This document shows, piece after piece, positions 31,109 through 39,120 of a DNA stretch of 64,000 nucleotides; position 1 is the stretch's first letter; every line of letters starts with the position of its first letter. The stretch is from Desulfuromusa sp. (lineage in GTDB: Bacteria > Desulfobacterota > Desulfuromonadia > Desulfuromonadales > Geopsychrobacteraceae), in the NCBI GenBank assembly GCA_021647765.1, contig JAKIUD010000005.1, positions 4,173 through 68,172 on the forward strand, given 5' to 3'. Position numbers and translations under genes: made by a program. Below the pieces are notes generated by a model. The model was not told the origin of the DNA. It saw only the letters and a list, made by a program, of their open reading frames with translations, and ran no database searches.

Positions 31109-31678
31109 CTAGAGCAAATGCAGCCATTGCGACCAAACCCGTGCCTGACTGTTATTAAGCCCATCATGCTGAGACCGAATATCATAAATTGCCCAAGCGC
31201 CACCGCTGGCAGAACCTTTGCCCTTTCCTTCATAACCGGCAATCATTTGCACTGCACCACCGGAAGATAAAACGGTATTAACATCAAACAGCAAACCTGT
31301 TGTTCCGGTGCCGAAATTGACTGTTGCATCACGATTCGCAGCACTATCGGGATAGATACTGTTTGCTACAGCATCAATTTGGGATAAGAAAAAGTTTTTA
31401 TCGGTGACAGTCACTTTATTCAGAGTGATTGGATCCGCAGCATTATCTAACCAGCCACGTTCTTGTATGGCCACCTCCACCAGTTCCTTGCTAACCTCAT
31501 TGCCACCTTCCGCAAAGTAAAATGCCATTTTATGTGCTTTTTCATTGCCAGCGATAGAGAGTTCCAGATCAGTATTATTCAAGGCGCTGATGCCGATAAC
31601 GGTTAACAGTACCAACATCATGATGGCCATAATCAAAGCGCTACCCGAATCGTCCTTCAGCCTACCAAATATCCACAT
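31109..31678 (-). CDS. pilX: PilX-like pilus assembly protein
   Basis: SGSALIMAIMMLVLLTVIGISALNNTDLELSIAGN is a PilX N-terminal domain. Confidence 0.75.
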   Translation of the reverse strand: MWIFGRLKDDSGSALIMAIMMLVLLTVIGISALNNTDLELSIAGNEKAHKMAFYFAEGGNEVSKELVEVAIQERGWLDNAADPITLNKVTVTDKNFFLSQIDAVANSIYPDSAANRDATVNFGTGTTGLLFDVNTVLSSGGAVQMIAGYEGKGKGSASGGAWAIYDIRSQHDGLNNSQARVWSQWLHLL

Positions 31679-31717
31679 AATTCCCTTTTCTCCACAACGA
31701 AGTCATGCCTGTCTCAT

Positions 31718-32095
31718 CTAAATAATGTCAGGCTTTGCCATAACAATTCGAGCCTGTTTTGTCTGCCCATCGCGTGTATATTGAACATCCAAGGTAATTG
31801 TTTTGGTATTGTTCAATACATCATTATCAACAACAGTCCACTGGTAATTATAGTAGCCAAGAGCTTGGGTATGCACGCCAGCACTCAAATCCCCATGATC
31901 ATATGCAAGGGTGTACAATTCCTCAGCCTTTGCCTGACCCAGCGTGATTGCTTCAGTGACATTACGCGCAGAAAAATTTCCTTTAACTGAGGTAAATTGC
32001 ATAGAAGCTACAGCAAGTAAACCAACGGCGAAAATCGTAACAGCAATCAGAACTTCAATCAGGGAAAAACCCTTATCCTGTGTTAAATATTTCAT
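31718..32095 (-). CDS. pilV: type IV minor pilin PilV-like
   Basis: Prepilin motif KG/FSLIEVLIAVTIFAVGLLAV; 125 aa. Confidence 0.8.
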   Translation of the reverse strand: MKYLTQDKGFSLIEVLIAVTIFAVGLLAVASMQFTSVKGNFSARNVTEAITLGQAKAEELYTLAYDHGDLSAGVHTQALGYYNYQWTVVDNDVLNNTKTITLDVQYTRDGQTKQARIVMAKPDII

Positions 32096-32097
32096 GC

Positions 32098-32979
32098 TTA
32101 TAACCCCATGTTTCGACAGGTCACGACAGTTGAAAGGAGCCGCCTACGAAAATTATTATTTGGTGGAATAACCCGGTTACCAACAACATAAGACTGAGTC
32201 GATGTATAGTCTCTGTCAGCCCGCCGTGCTGTACCAAGAACCCAAATTTTTACAGCTCTAATATCTGCTAGATCCACTGCAATTCCGGTGTCAACGGCAT
32301 TGATTGTTCCATCACTATCAGTATCATCCGCTGCAGTTATCTGATTATCGCCATTTGCATCTACTTCAAACCAGTTGCCTCCACCAGCCGGATCCTGAAT
32401 AGACCAGAGAATTCGGTCATCAGAAGTATCTGCTGGCGTCCCATTATCATCAAAGTCCAAAGCACCATCGCCATCACTATCAAAAGCATAGGCAAAACCA
32501 ACAGCTTGTATATATTCAGCAACAGGATCATTTCCTGCCCCAGTATTACGACCAAGTCGACTGATCCCAGCTGCGGTATAAAGGCTATATGTCACATTTT
32601 CATTTGGATCTGAGCCGCCACTTGCTTTAGTTAAATTACCATCTGGCACCCTTGGATCAATAATGCCAGTATCATCACTAAGATCCATCGTAATCTGAAG
32701 TACATTTGTACCTGCTTGGACAAATCCCAACCCTGTGATGGCAGCCCCAGTCGGGTTATAACCGGCATTCCTTAAATCAAAGACAATAGATTCTATCGCT
32801 GCACGCACATTCTGTTGTGCTTCAGCAACTTGCGTTTGTGCATCATATGTACGTGAACTATTGATATATAGAGTCATGATCGAAATACCAATAACGCTGG
32901 TAATAACCAATGCGACTAGCATTTCAACCAAGGTAAAACCAAAATTAGAACTATTATATTTTGTTTTTTCAAAATGCAT
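32098..32979 (-). CDS. pilW: type IV minor pilin PilW-like, with inserted acidic Ca-binding-type loops
   Basis: Prepilin motif FG/FTLVEMLVALVITSV plus NVRAAIESIVFDLRNAGYNP. The C-terminal half carries DSDGDGALD, DANGDNQIT and DSDGTINAVD. Confidence 0.8.
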   Translation of the reverse strand: MHFEKTKYNSSNFGFTLVEMLVALVITSVIGISIMTLYINSSRTYDAQTQVAEAQQNVRAAIESIVFDLRNAGYNPTGAAITGLGFVQAGTNVLQITMDLSDDTGIIDPRVPDGNLTKASGGSDPNENVTYSLYTAAGISRLGRNTGAGNDPVAEYIQAVGFAYAFDSDGDGALDFDDNGTPADTSDDRILWSIQDPAGGGNWFEVDANGDNQITAADDTDSDGTINAVDTGIAVDLADIRAVKIWVLGTARRADRDYTSTQSYVVGNRVIPPNNNFRRRLLSTVVTCRNMGL

Positions 32980-32990
32980 AATTTGCCTAT

Positions 32991-33461
32991 CTATTGCAAA
33001 TGAACATAACCTGAAATGGATGTCGTTAATTGGAAACTCTTTGTAGTTACAGTATTGTTGATAACAACAGTACCAGCACCACCAGAAGGTCGTCCTCTAG
33101 GTGTAAACCCTGTCTTGTTTGCTGTCGGGAACGTTATGTTGGCTGCGGGAAATTCGATCCCGTGTTTCACGGTAATATCTGATAAAACCGTCTCCCCAGC
33201 ATCCAAAATTTTATCATTATTGGGATCAACAAAAACCTGATACCGAGTCGGTGGAGAAAATACAATCGCAACAGGCTGGTTACGTTTAATAGCTTCTATT
33301 TTTGCCCGTTGAAACTGACCATACATTTCTTGCGCGACCGATCGAAGCTCAGCATTTCGACTGGCGGAAACAAGAGAAATTCCTGCAATAGTAACCATGA
33401 TACCGATAAAAACCATAGTTACAATAACCTCGATCAGGGTAAAACCTTTTGAGTTTTTCAT
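32991..33461 (-). CDS. fimT: GspH/FimT-family minor pilin
   Basis: KG/FTLIEVIVTMVFIGIM followed by a GspH-like domain. I moved the start to MKNSKGFTLIE (M24 of the track ORF). Confidence 0.8.
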   Translation of the reverse strand: MKNSKGFTLIEVIVTMVFIGIMVTIAGISLVSASRNAELRSVAQEMYGQFQRAKIEAIKRNQPVAIVFSPPTRYQVFVDPNNDKILDAGETVLSDITVKHGIEFPAANITFPTANKTGFTPRGRPSGGAGTVVINNTVTTKSFQLTTSISGYVHLQ

Positions 33462-33734
33462 CTTTATCCATTTCCTATCCATAATTATATCAGACCTAAT
33501 GCAGGTTCCTTGCCATTTCACAAACCACAAAGACAGTTGAAAACATTAGCTATTTTCGTATTTATTTATGAGCCAACTTACAAAAGTGCAAACCCTGCAC
33601 AGAACAATCATGCAAATTATGCACTTCCTGGTTTTATGACACTGGTTACGGACGTGACGAGGGAACGTGACGTTGCTGTTATTTACAGTTTCCAGTTTTC
33701 CCCTCCGTCACCAGAGATTGAAACCACCAGATGA

Positions 33735-34079
33735 CTAACCATACATATCGGTAATAAGCTTGCGCAACTGTGCAGCTTTCATTTCAGAGAGTTGATCAAT
33801 TTTCTTGCTTAATCGTTGCTTACTGATAGTACAAATCTGGTCAACGGCAATCTCAGCCACTTTGGTGGCACATTTAATTTGGAGTCGAGTTCTCCAATTT
33901 GGGTGCAATTTCGAAGTCAAGGGACAAATAACAATGGTTTCGAGGTTTTTGTTCATTGCATCCTGGCTGACAACAACGACTGGCCGCATTTTGTTAATTT
34001 CGCTACCAATAGTTGGGTTAAGATCAGCAAAATAAATTTCATACCTTCTAATTTTCAAAATCTTCCCCCTCAAGCCCAT
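33735..34079 (-). CDS. mazF: PemK/MazF family endoribonuclease toxin
   Basis: YEIYFADLNPTIGSEINKMRPVVVVSQDAMN...ICPLTS. Overlaps the antitoxin gene. An alternative TTG start at 34058 lies behind GAGGGGGA. Confidence 0.88.
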   Translation of the reverse strand: MGLRGKILKIRRYEIYFADLNPTIGSEINKMRPVVVVSQDAMNKNLETIVICPLTSKLHPNWRTRLQIKCATKVAEIAVDQICTISKQRLSKKIDQLSEMKAAQLRKLITDMYG

Positions 34080-34320
34080 CAAAACTTGTCACATTCCAAT
34101 CCTCCCAATCTTCATTTTCAGTAGCCATCACTTTATATGTATCTTCGAAAGAAAGCTTCTCTTCTTTTTTTTTGCGCAGAAGCAACCCTCTGTCAGTTTC
34201 TTCCAGCAACAGTGAGCTGGTGAGATCATATTTTTGTAAAAGTGCTTTGGGGATACGAATTCCTTTAGAATTTCCAATAGGAACCAATTTAATATCTATC
34301 GCGTGCTCATGATTTTCCAT
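34048..34320 (-). CDS. mazE: AbrB/MazE/SpoVT family antitoxin
   Basis: VPIGNSKGIRIPKALLQKY SpoVT-AbrB motif with an acidic C-terminal tail. Confidence 0.85.
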   Translation of the reverse strand: MENHEHAIDIKLVPIGNSKGIRIPKALLQKYDLTSSLLLEETDRGLLLRKKKEEKLSFEDTYKVMATENEDWEDWNVTSFDGLEGEDFEN

Positions 34321-34354
34321 AGGATACTCCTCATTTCCCTCCTAGAGACATTTC

Positions 34355-34389
34355 GTAATTATTGTAATTACATTCGAGGAAAAGGTCAA
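34355..34389 (-). promoter_or_regulatory. mazEF promoter with overlapping palindromic operator
   Basis: Minus strand TTGACC-N17-TACAAT. The palindrome GTAATTA-CAA-TAATTAC (34355-34371) spans the -10 element. Confidence 0.55.
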
Positions 34390-34442
34390 GCCAAAGGCCT
34401 ACATCGTCCCTTCAGGACTTATAGGTGTTGGTGATCTTGTAA

Positions 34443-34603
34443 CCGGTGGTTGAAACCACCGTCTTTATGACAACACCCCGGTCGGGGTGTTCATGTTCAC
34501 CGATATCGTGCCGCCATCAATTCATTGATAATCGTTGGCACTATCAACCAAAAATATTTCCCCAACGGGGGAAGATCGTACAGACGGTGGTTTCAACCAC
34601 CGG
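34443..34603. repeat. 161-bp element with 21-bp perfect terminal inverted repeats and three internal hairpins (REPIN-like doublet or structured RNA)
   Basis: CCGGTGGTTGAAACCACCGTC (34443-34463) is the exact reverse complement of 34583-34603. Internal hairpins: AACACCCC-GGTC-GGGGTGTT (34472-34491), GTGCC...ATCAAT-TC-ATTGAT...GGCAC (34508-34541) and TTCCCC-AACG-GGGGAA (34558-34573). Confidence 0.8.
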
Positions 34604-34612
34604 CACACTATT

Positions 34613-35860
34613 TCACAGACAACCAACTGGCAGCTGAATAATATTCTCTGCAACCATTTCAATTTTTTCAGAATTATTGATCAGAATCCCATACTGAGAT
34701 CCAGTTTCTTTAAGAAATGTCTTTAACGAACCAAGCATGCGCTGGTTAATTTTGGTTCCCAGCTTAACCTCAATCGGGATGAAGCCAAACGGACCATCAA
34801 TAATTAAATCGATCTCAGCCCGATCACGGGTTCGATAAAAATTAAAATCGACCCCAGCTTTTAAAGTACATTGTATCCCCCGGATTATCTCCTCGATGAC
34901 AAATGATTCAAATGATGTGCCCGCAGTCGGATGGATAAGAAGCCGGTCAACCTCGTCGACCTTAAGAAGGTGATGAAGAATGCCCGAATCACGAAAAAAA
35001 CCTTTGGGCATTTTCTGTACTTTTTTCAAACTATTCTTTTCAAAACTGCGCAGGTTTCTCCAGATAAACGTGTTGTGAAGTATTTCAAAATATTCCCGTG
35101 CGGTCACCGAGCTAATCTCTAAAGCTCTGGAAACAACCGATTGGTTAATGATGCTCCCCGAATAATAGGACAAACTTTGAATGAAAAGTCTAAAGTTATG
35201 GGTATTAAGACGTGGGAAAAGGCGCTGGATATCACGGCGGATATAATCAGAAAAATAACCATCCATCCACAAGCCGTGAAAAAGAGGATTATCCTGACTT
35301 TTTATTCTGGGTTCAGGATAACCGCCTTGCAGCCAATGCTCATAGACTTGATTAGGGGTAATTTGTGTTCTTAGTCGTGCCAATTTCTCCAGTGAGGTGG
35401 TTCGATCAACTAATAAATCATATATGGGAGGTAAGGGCTTTTCATAAAACTCCACCATTTTAAAGGGCCAGAGCTCAAGTGTGGCAATTCGACCAGCGAG
35501 ACTCTCAGATAAACCTTTCACGATCTCTGGAGAACTGGAGCCAGTCAGCAGAAAACGACCACAGGCATTCCTGTCCTGATCAATAATACCGCGGAGAACA
35601 CTGAACAATTCTGGATACTGTTGAGCCTCATCAATAATTACTTTTTCCCGTTGGCGACCAAAAAAACCAAGAGGGTCACTGGTGATCAACTGATAGTCGT
35701 CAGGACGTTCCAGATCATAATACTTCCAATCAGAATAAACATCCTTAACCAAAGTCGATTTTCCACACTGCCTGGATCCAATAACTGCAACCGCAGGAAA
35801 CATCGACATAAGGGATTCTACTTTCGCCCCAAGAAGTCTCTTCTTATCCTTCATTTTCAA
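34613..35860 (-). CDS. AAA+ ATPase with C-terminal PD-(D/E)xK-like domain (AAA_14 / DUF4143, COG1373 type)
   Basis: Walker A GSRQCGKST, Walker B VIIDEAQ, C-terminal AEIDLIID...IPIEVK. This architecture is typical of the uncharacterised DUF4143 ATPases. Confidence 0.8.
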   Translation of the reverse strand: MKMKDKKRLLGAKVESLMSMFPAVAVIGSRQCGKSTLVKDVYSDWKYYDLERPDDYQLITSDPLGFFGRQREKVIIDEAQQYPELFSVLRGIIDQDRNACGRFLLTGSSSPEIVKGLSESLAGRIATLELWPFKMVEFYEKPLPPIYDLLVDRTTSLEKLARLRTQITPNQVYEHWLQGGYPEPRIKSQDNPLFHGLWMDGYFSDYIRRDIQRLFPRLNTHNFRLFIQSLSYYSGSIINQSVVSRALEISSVTAREYFEILHNTFIWRNLRSFEKNSLKKVQKMPKGFFRDSGILHHLLKVDEVDRLLIHPTAGTSFESFVIEEIIRGIQCTLKAGVDFNFYRTRDRAEIDLIIDGPFGFIPIEVKLGTKINQRMLGSLKTFLKETGSQYGILINNSEKIEMVAENIIQLPVGCL

Positions 35861-35928
35861 ATTCTACCTTTAAATTTAAAGGGTGTCAATGAATTTCACG
35901 TGTACCGATAAATCACCGAGTTTCAAGT

Positions 35929-37458
35929 TCAACATCGTCCGTTCAATTCCTGGTGGTTAAAACCACCGTAAAAAACCAGTCTAAAAGAACTGCCCCGCCC
36001 GACACAGGACTCAATCTCAATTTTTCCACCGGACTCTTCTATAATCCGCTGACAGATAGCCAGACCAAGACCTGTCCCTTCACCGGGGGCTTTGGTTGTA
36101 TAAAATGGGTCGAAGATTTTACCGAGATCTTCTTCCGCTATCCCTGAACCATTATCTTTGATCACTAACCAAATATTTGTGCTGCCCTCCCCTGCCATCA
36201 GAGTAATTTTTCCATTTTTCTCGCAAGCTTGAAGCGCATTGAGCAGAAGATTAATAAATACCTGCTGGAATTTATTTGCATCACCGATGATTTCAGGTAA
36301 AGAAGCGGGGAGGTCATCAGCAACATCAACACCTGCCAGGGTTCCCTGATTTTTCAACAGTTGCACACATGAGCGCATAACTTTCACAATATCAACAGGT
36401 TCAGTGACACCATTTGCAGTCGGTCGTGAAAAATCAAGAAGTTCCCTGACCAGAAAATCGATCCGGTTCGCTTCGACAAGCGCCCGTTGCAGAATATCAC
36501 TGTCCGCTGCCACCTCTATCCGCTGTTTCAACAATTCAAGATAGCCGATTATTGCGGCAAGAGGATTTCCGATTTCATGTGCCAACCCGGCAGCCAGTTG
36601 ACCAACTGATGCCATTTTTTCACTACGGATCAATTCGTCCCGTGCTTGTTGCAGTTCTCGATTTGTCTGTTCTAGCGATCTAATGTACTGTTCAGTCTCA
36701 TAACGACTCTGTCGCAATGCATCAACCATCTGATTATAAGCAGTTGCCAGTTGAGAAATTTCGACAGGACCGGCAATCGGCAACCGGGTTTCCAGATTTC
36801 CGGAGCTGACATCCTGGGTTGCTTTGAGTAAATTTTGAGCCGGGCGGATGATATTTTTCAAGATAAGGTAATAGCCCGCAAGAACGAGAATAATCCCGTA
36901 GAGAATAATGTAAAGAATCAAAACTTGGAGTGAACCCAAGATCTTCAGACGAATATCGGCAAGTGAAAAATGGAGTTCCATCACCCCGTAAAAAGAGTTT
37001 TTAAACTGGATCGGCAGAACCAGCTGGGTCGTTGATTCTACTTGTTCAAAAAAACTCAACAAGGTGGAATAATTAGTTTTTTGCTGTAATTTCTTAGTGA
37101 GCTTGACCATCTGCAAGCGGGCTACAAGAGATGGTGTGACCTGACCAGTGACAGAAGAACCAACTGAGTTAAAATTTCGATCATAAAGCCACCAGGCATC
37201 ACAATGGATATCATCTGGTAACTGTGCCAGTAAAACCAATTTCTCTTCCAAAACAACATCCTCCGGCAAGTCCCCTTGTGGCTGACGTGAAACAGTTGCC
37301 AGAATCTGTGCAAATGAGCGCAGCTGCCCAACCCGCTCTTCGAGCAAATTCTTCTCCATCAAGTGCAGCATCATAACGCCACCCAGCACCAACGCTGCCC
37401 CAAGCAACAGTGTCAACGTGATGAGAACCTCTGTCCGCAAACCAACAGACTTTGCCAA
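35929..37458 (-). CDS. sensor histidine kinase (TM-HAMP-HisKA-HATPase_c)
   Basis: H-box AAGLAHEIGNPL plus N, G1 (DNGSGI) and G2 (GTGLGL) boxes. TTG start behind GAGGA. The last 13 codons come from the palindromic repeat. Confidence 0.88.
   Translation of the reverse strand: MAKSVGLRTEVLITLTLLLGAALVLGGVMMLHLMEKNLLEERVGQLRSFAQILATVSRQPQGDLPEDVVLEEKLVLLAQLPDDIHCDAWWLYDRNFNSVGSSVTGQVTPSLVARLQMVKLTKKLQQKTNYSTLLSFFEQVESTTQLVLPIQFKNSFYGVMELHFSLADIRLKILGSLQVLILYIILYGIILVLAGYYLILKNIIRPAQNLLKATQDVSSGNLETRLPIAGPVEISQLATAYNQMVDALRQSRYETEQYIRSLEQTNRELQQARDELIRSEKMASVGQLAAGLAHEIGNPLAAIIGYLELLKQRIEVAADSDILQRALVEANRIDFLVRELLDFSRPTANGVTEPVDIVKVMRSCVQLLKNQGTLAGVDVADDLPASLPEIIGDANKFQQVFINLLLNALQACEKNGKITLMAGEGSTNIWLVIKDNGSGIAEEDLGKIFDPFYTTKAPGEGTGLGLAICQRIIEESGGKIEIESCVGRGSSFRLVFYGGFNHQELNGRC
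35949..35970. repeat. solo copy of the GGTGGTT-NN-AACCACC palindrome
   Basis: GGTGGTTAAAACCACCGTA matches 17 of 19 positions of the 34445-34463 copy. It lies inside the 3' end of the kinase ORF. Confidence 0.7.
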
Positions 37459-37681
37459 TTGCTATCCTCACTTCTAAAAAATAATAATTGATATTTACTA
37501 ATTACCATATCATTTCAAAAAAACAAACAAGGGGTTTGTCAAATGATGCCAAAATGATGAATAATAGGGTTGCAGGCTGTAGACTGGTGCTCTACTCTGA
37601 TCAATGAGAAGTAACCTTCCTACAGCCTCACAGCCTTCAGCCTAAAGCATTGAACCTAATCCCCTGAAAACGGAGTTTTTT

Positions 37682-37873
37682 ATGCCCAGAATCCCACTTT
37701 TAGATCAAACAGCCTGTATCGGCTGCGAAACTTGTACCCGTATCTGTCCAAAAGTATTTCGTATGGTTTCAGAACACCTCGCCGGCATCCATAATCCAAC
37801 GGGTGATACAGAAGAAAAAATTGAAGAGGCAATGGACAACTGTCCGGTAGCCTGCATTAACTGGGAAGATTGA
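37682..37873 (+). CDS. small [4Fe-4S] ferredoxin
   Basis: CIGCETCTRICP...CPVACI; 63 aa. Confidence 0.85.
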   Translation: MPRIPLLDQTACIGCETCTRICPKVFRMVSEHLAGIHNPTGDTEEKIEEAMDNCPVACINWED

Positions 37874-38550
37874 TGGTGTCGAAAGAAGTCCGATCGATAC
37901 TGTTGCAATCAGCGATGACAGACCTGAAATCAATCCCCTCCCGAGTTGCTGAAAAACGACTACAGGTTATAGGTCGATTTTTTTGCTTAGCTGTCTTCAT
38001 CAGCTTAGTTCTAGCACTTTCTGGTTGCCAATCTGGACTCCTTAAAAAAGGACAGATGAATGAATTCAATGAAGAGCTTTATATCGATGCCAAGTTGAAT
38101 TTTGCCATTAAACATCCGGTTAATTGGAAAAGAGTCAAAATTCCGGTTTCTTCTCCCGAATTCAGAGCCGACACGGTACGCTGGAAAATTGAAAATCCAC
38201 GCAAAGAAACTGACAGTTTCGGTAACATGCTGATTCAGAGTCTTCCCGGCAAAAAGAACGCTGATCTCCCCGATCTTCTCAGCGATTTTTTAGCCGACAA
38301 GCCGGAACTAAAATCGGGTCAGGCAGAACGCTTTGAACATTCAGCAGGATCAGCTTTGAAATTTATTGGTCGTGATGTCGATCGAGGTCGACTGACGATT
38401 GCACTGAAGGGGCAGCAACACGATTTTATTATCTCGCTGGATTATCCAAACAACCGATTCAATGAACTTTTGCCAGTGTTTCAGGATATTGTTGCCAGTT
38501 TTTCAGAGCTGATTCGCCCGGACAGTTACCCCAAATTAGCGCCAAAATGA
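37873..38550 (+). CDS. hypothetical lipoprotein
   Basis: Lipobox LALSGC. The start overlaps the ferredoxin stop (TGATG). No family recognised. Confidence 0.65.
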   Translation: MVSKEVRSILLQSAMTDLKSIPSRVAEKRLQVIGRFFCLAVFISLVLALSGCQSGLLKKGQMNEFNEELYIDAKLNFAIKHPVNWKRVKIPVSSPEFRADTVRWKIENPRKETDSFGNMLIQSLPGKKNADLPDLLSDFLADKPELKSGQAERFEHSAGSALKFIGRDVDRGRLTIALKGQQHDFIISLDYPNNRFNELLPVFQDIVASFSELIRPDSYPKLAPK

Positions 38551-39119
38551 CCAAAAAAATCTATCCGGCAAAAATCATAAAAAAATACTATTCCAACCAT
38601 CCACAGGCGTGGCAGATTCTCCTCGTTCACAGTCGTCTGGTGACCCGAAAAGCTCTGAAGATTGGTCGTTATTTACGGGCACATGGGGATTTGGTGGATT
38701 TACAATTTCTTGCTGAAGCGGCAATGTTACACGATATCGGCATGATCATGACCAATACTCCTGAGCTTGACTGTCATGGGGAAGGTTCTTATCTTCAACA
38801 TGGAATCAGGGGTAAAGAGATTCTGGAACGAGAGGGGTTCCCCAGACATGCTCGAGTTTGTGAACGACATATCGGAGTGGGTCTAACTGCAAAGGAAATT
38901 CAGCAAAAAAAGCTCCCGCTGCCAAAGCGTGATATGCAACCAGAAACTCTGGAAGAGCGGATTATCTGTTATGCAGATCTGTTTTATTCCAAAGGGGAAA
39001 AAAATCGTGGCCGGGAAAAATCCCTGCGGAAAATTCGTGATAAACTGAAAAAACACGGTAAAAATAAAGTAAAGATTTTTGATCAATGGCAGAGAAAGTT
39101 TGAACCTGAGCTGAGTTGA
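38547..39119 (+). CDS. HD-domain phosphohydrolase
   Basis: H...HDIG...D motif set (AAMLHDIGM, CERHIGVG, CYADLFYS); overlaps the preceding stop. Confidence 0.8.
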   Translation: MTKKIYPAKIIKKYYSNHPQAWQILLVHSRLVTRKALKIGRYLRAHGDLVDLQFLAEAAMLHDIGMIMTNTPELDCHGEGSYLQHGIRGKEILEREGFPRHARVCERHIGVGLTAKEIQQKKLPLPKRDMQPETLEERIICYADLFYSKGEKNRGREKSLRKIRDKLKKHGKNKVKIFDQWQRKFEPELS

Positions 39120-39120
39120 T

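Noticed and set aside
34443-34603. Integron attC site or retron msr/msd interpretation of the 161-bp inverted-repeat element
   Set aside because: There is no GTTRRRY / RYYYAAC core pair at the ends and no intI nearby. There is no reverse transcriptase gene adjacent, and the flanking genes are an ATPase-nuclease and mazE. I kept it only as a REPIN-like or structured-RNA candidate.
33716-35970. CRISPR array formed by the GGTGGTT-NN-AACCACC palindromes
   Set aside because: There are only 3.5 copies, spacings are irregular (0.7, 0.12 and 1.3 kb), the intervals contain protein genes, and there are no cas genes.
37575-37650. Hairpin AGGCTGTAG...CTACAGCCT plus three CAGCCT-type tandem units upstream of the ferredoxin gene
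   Set aside because: The 9-bp stem is real, but the loop is long and the tandem units are low-complexity. There is nothing specific enough to call a riboswitch or operator.
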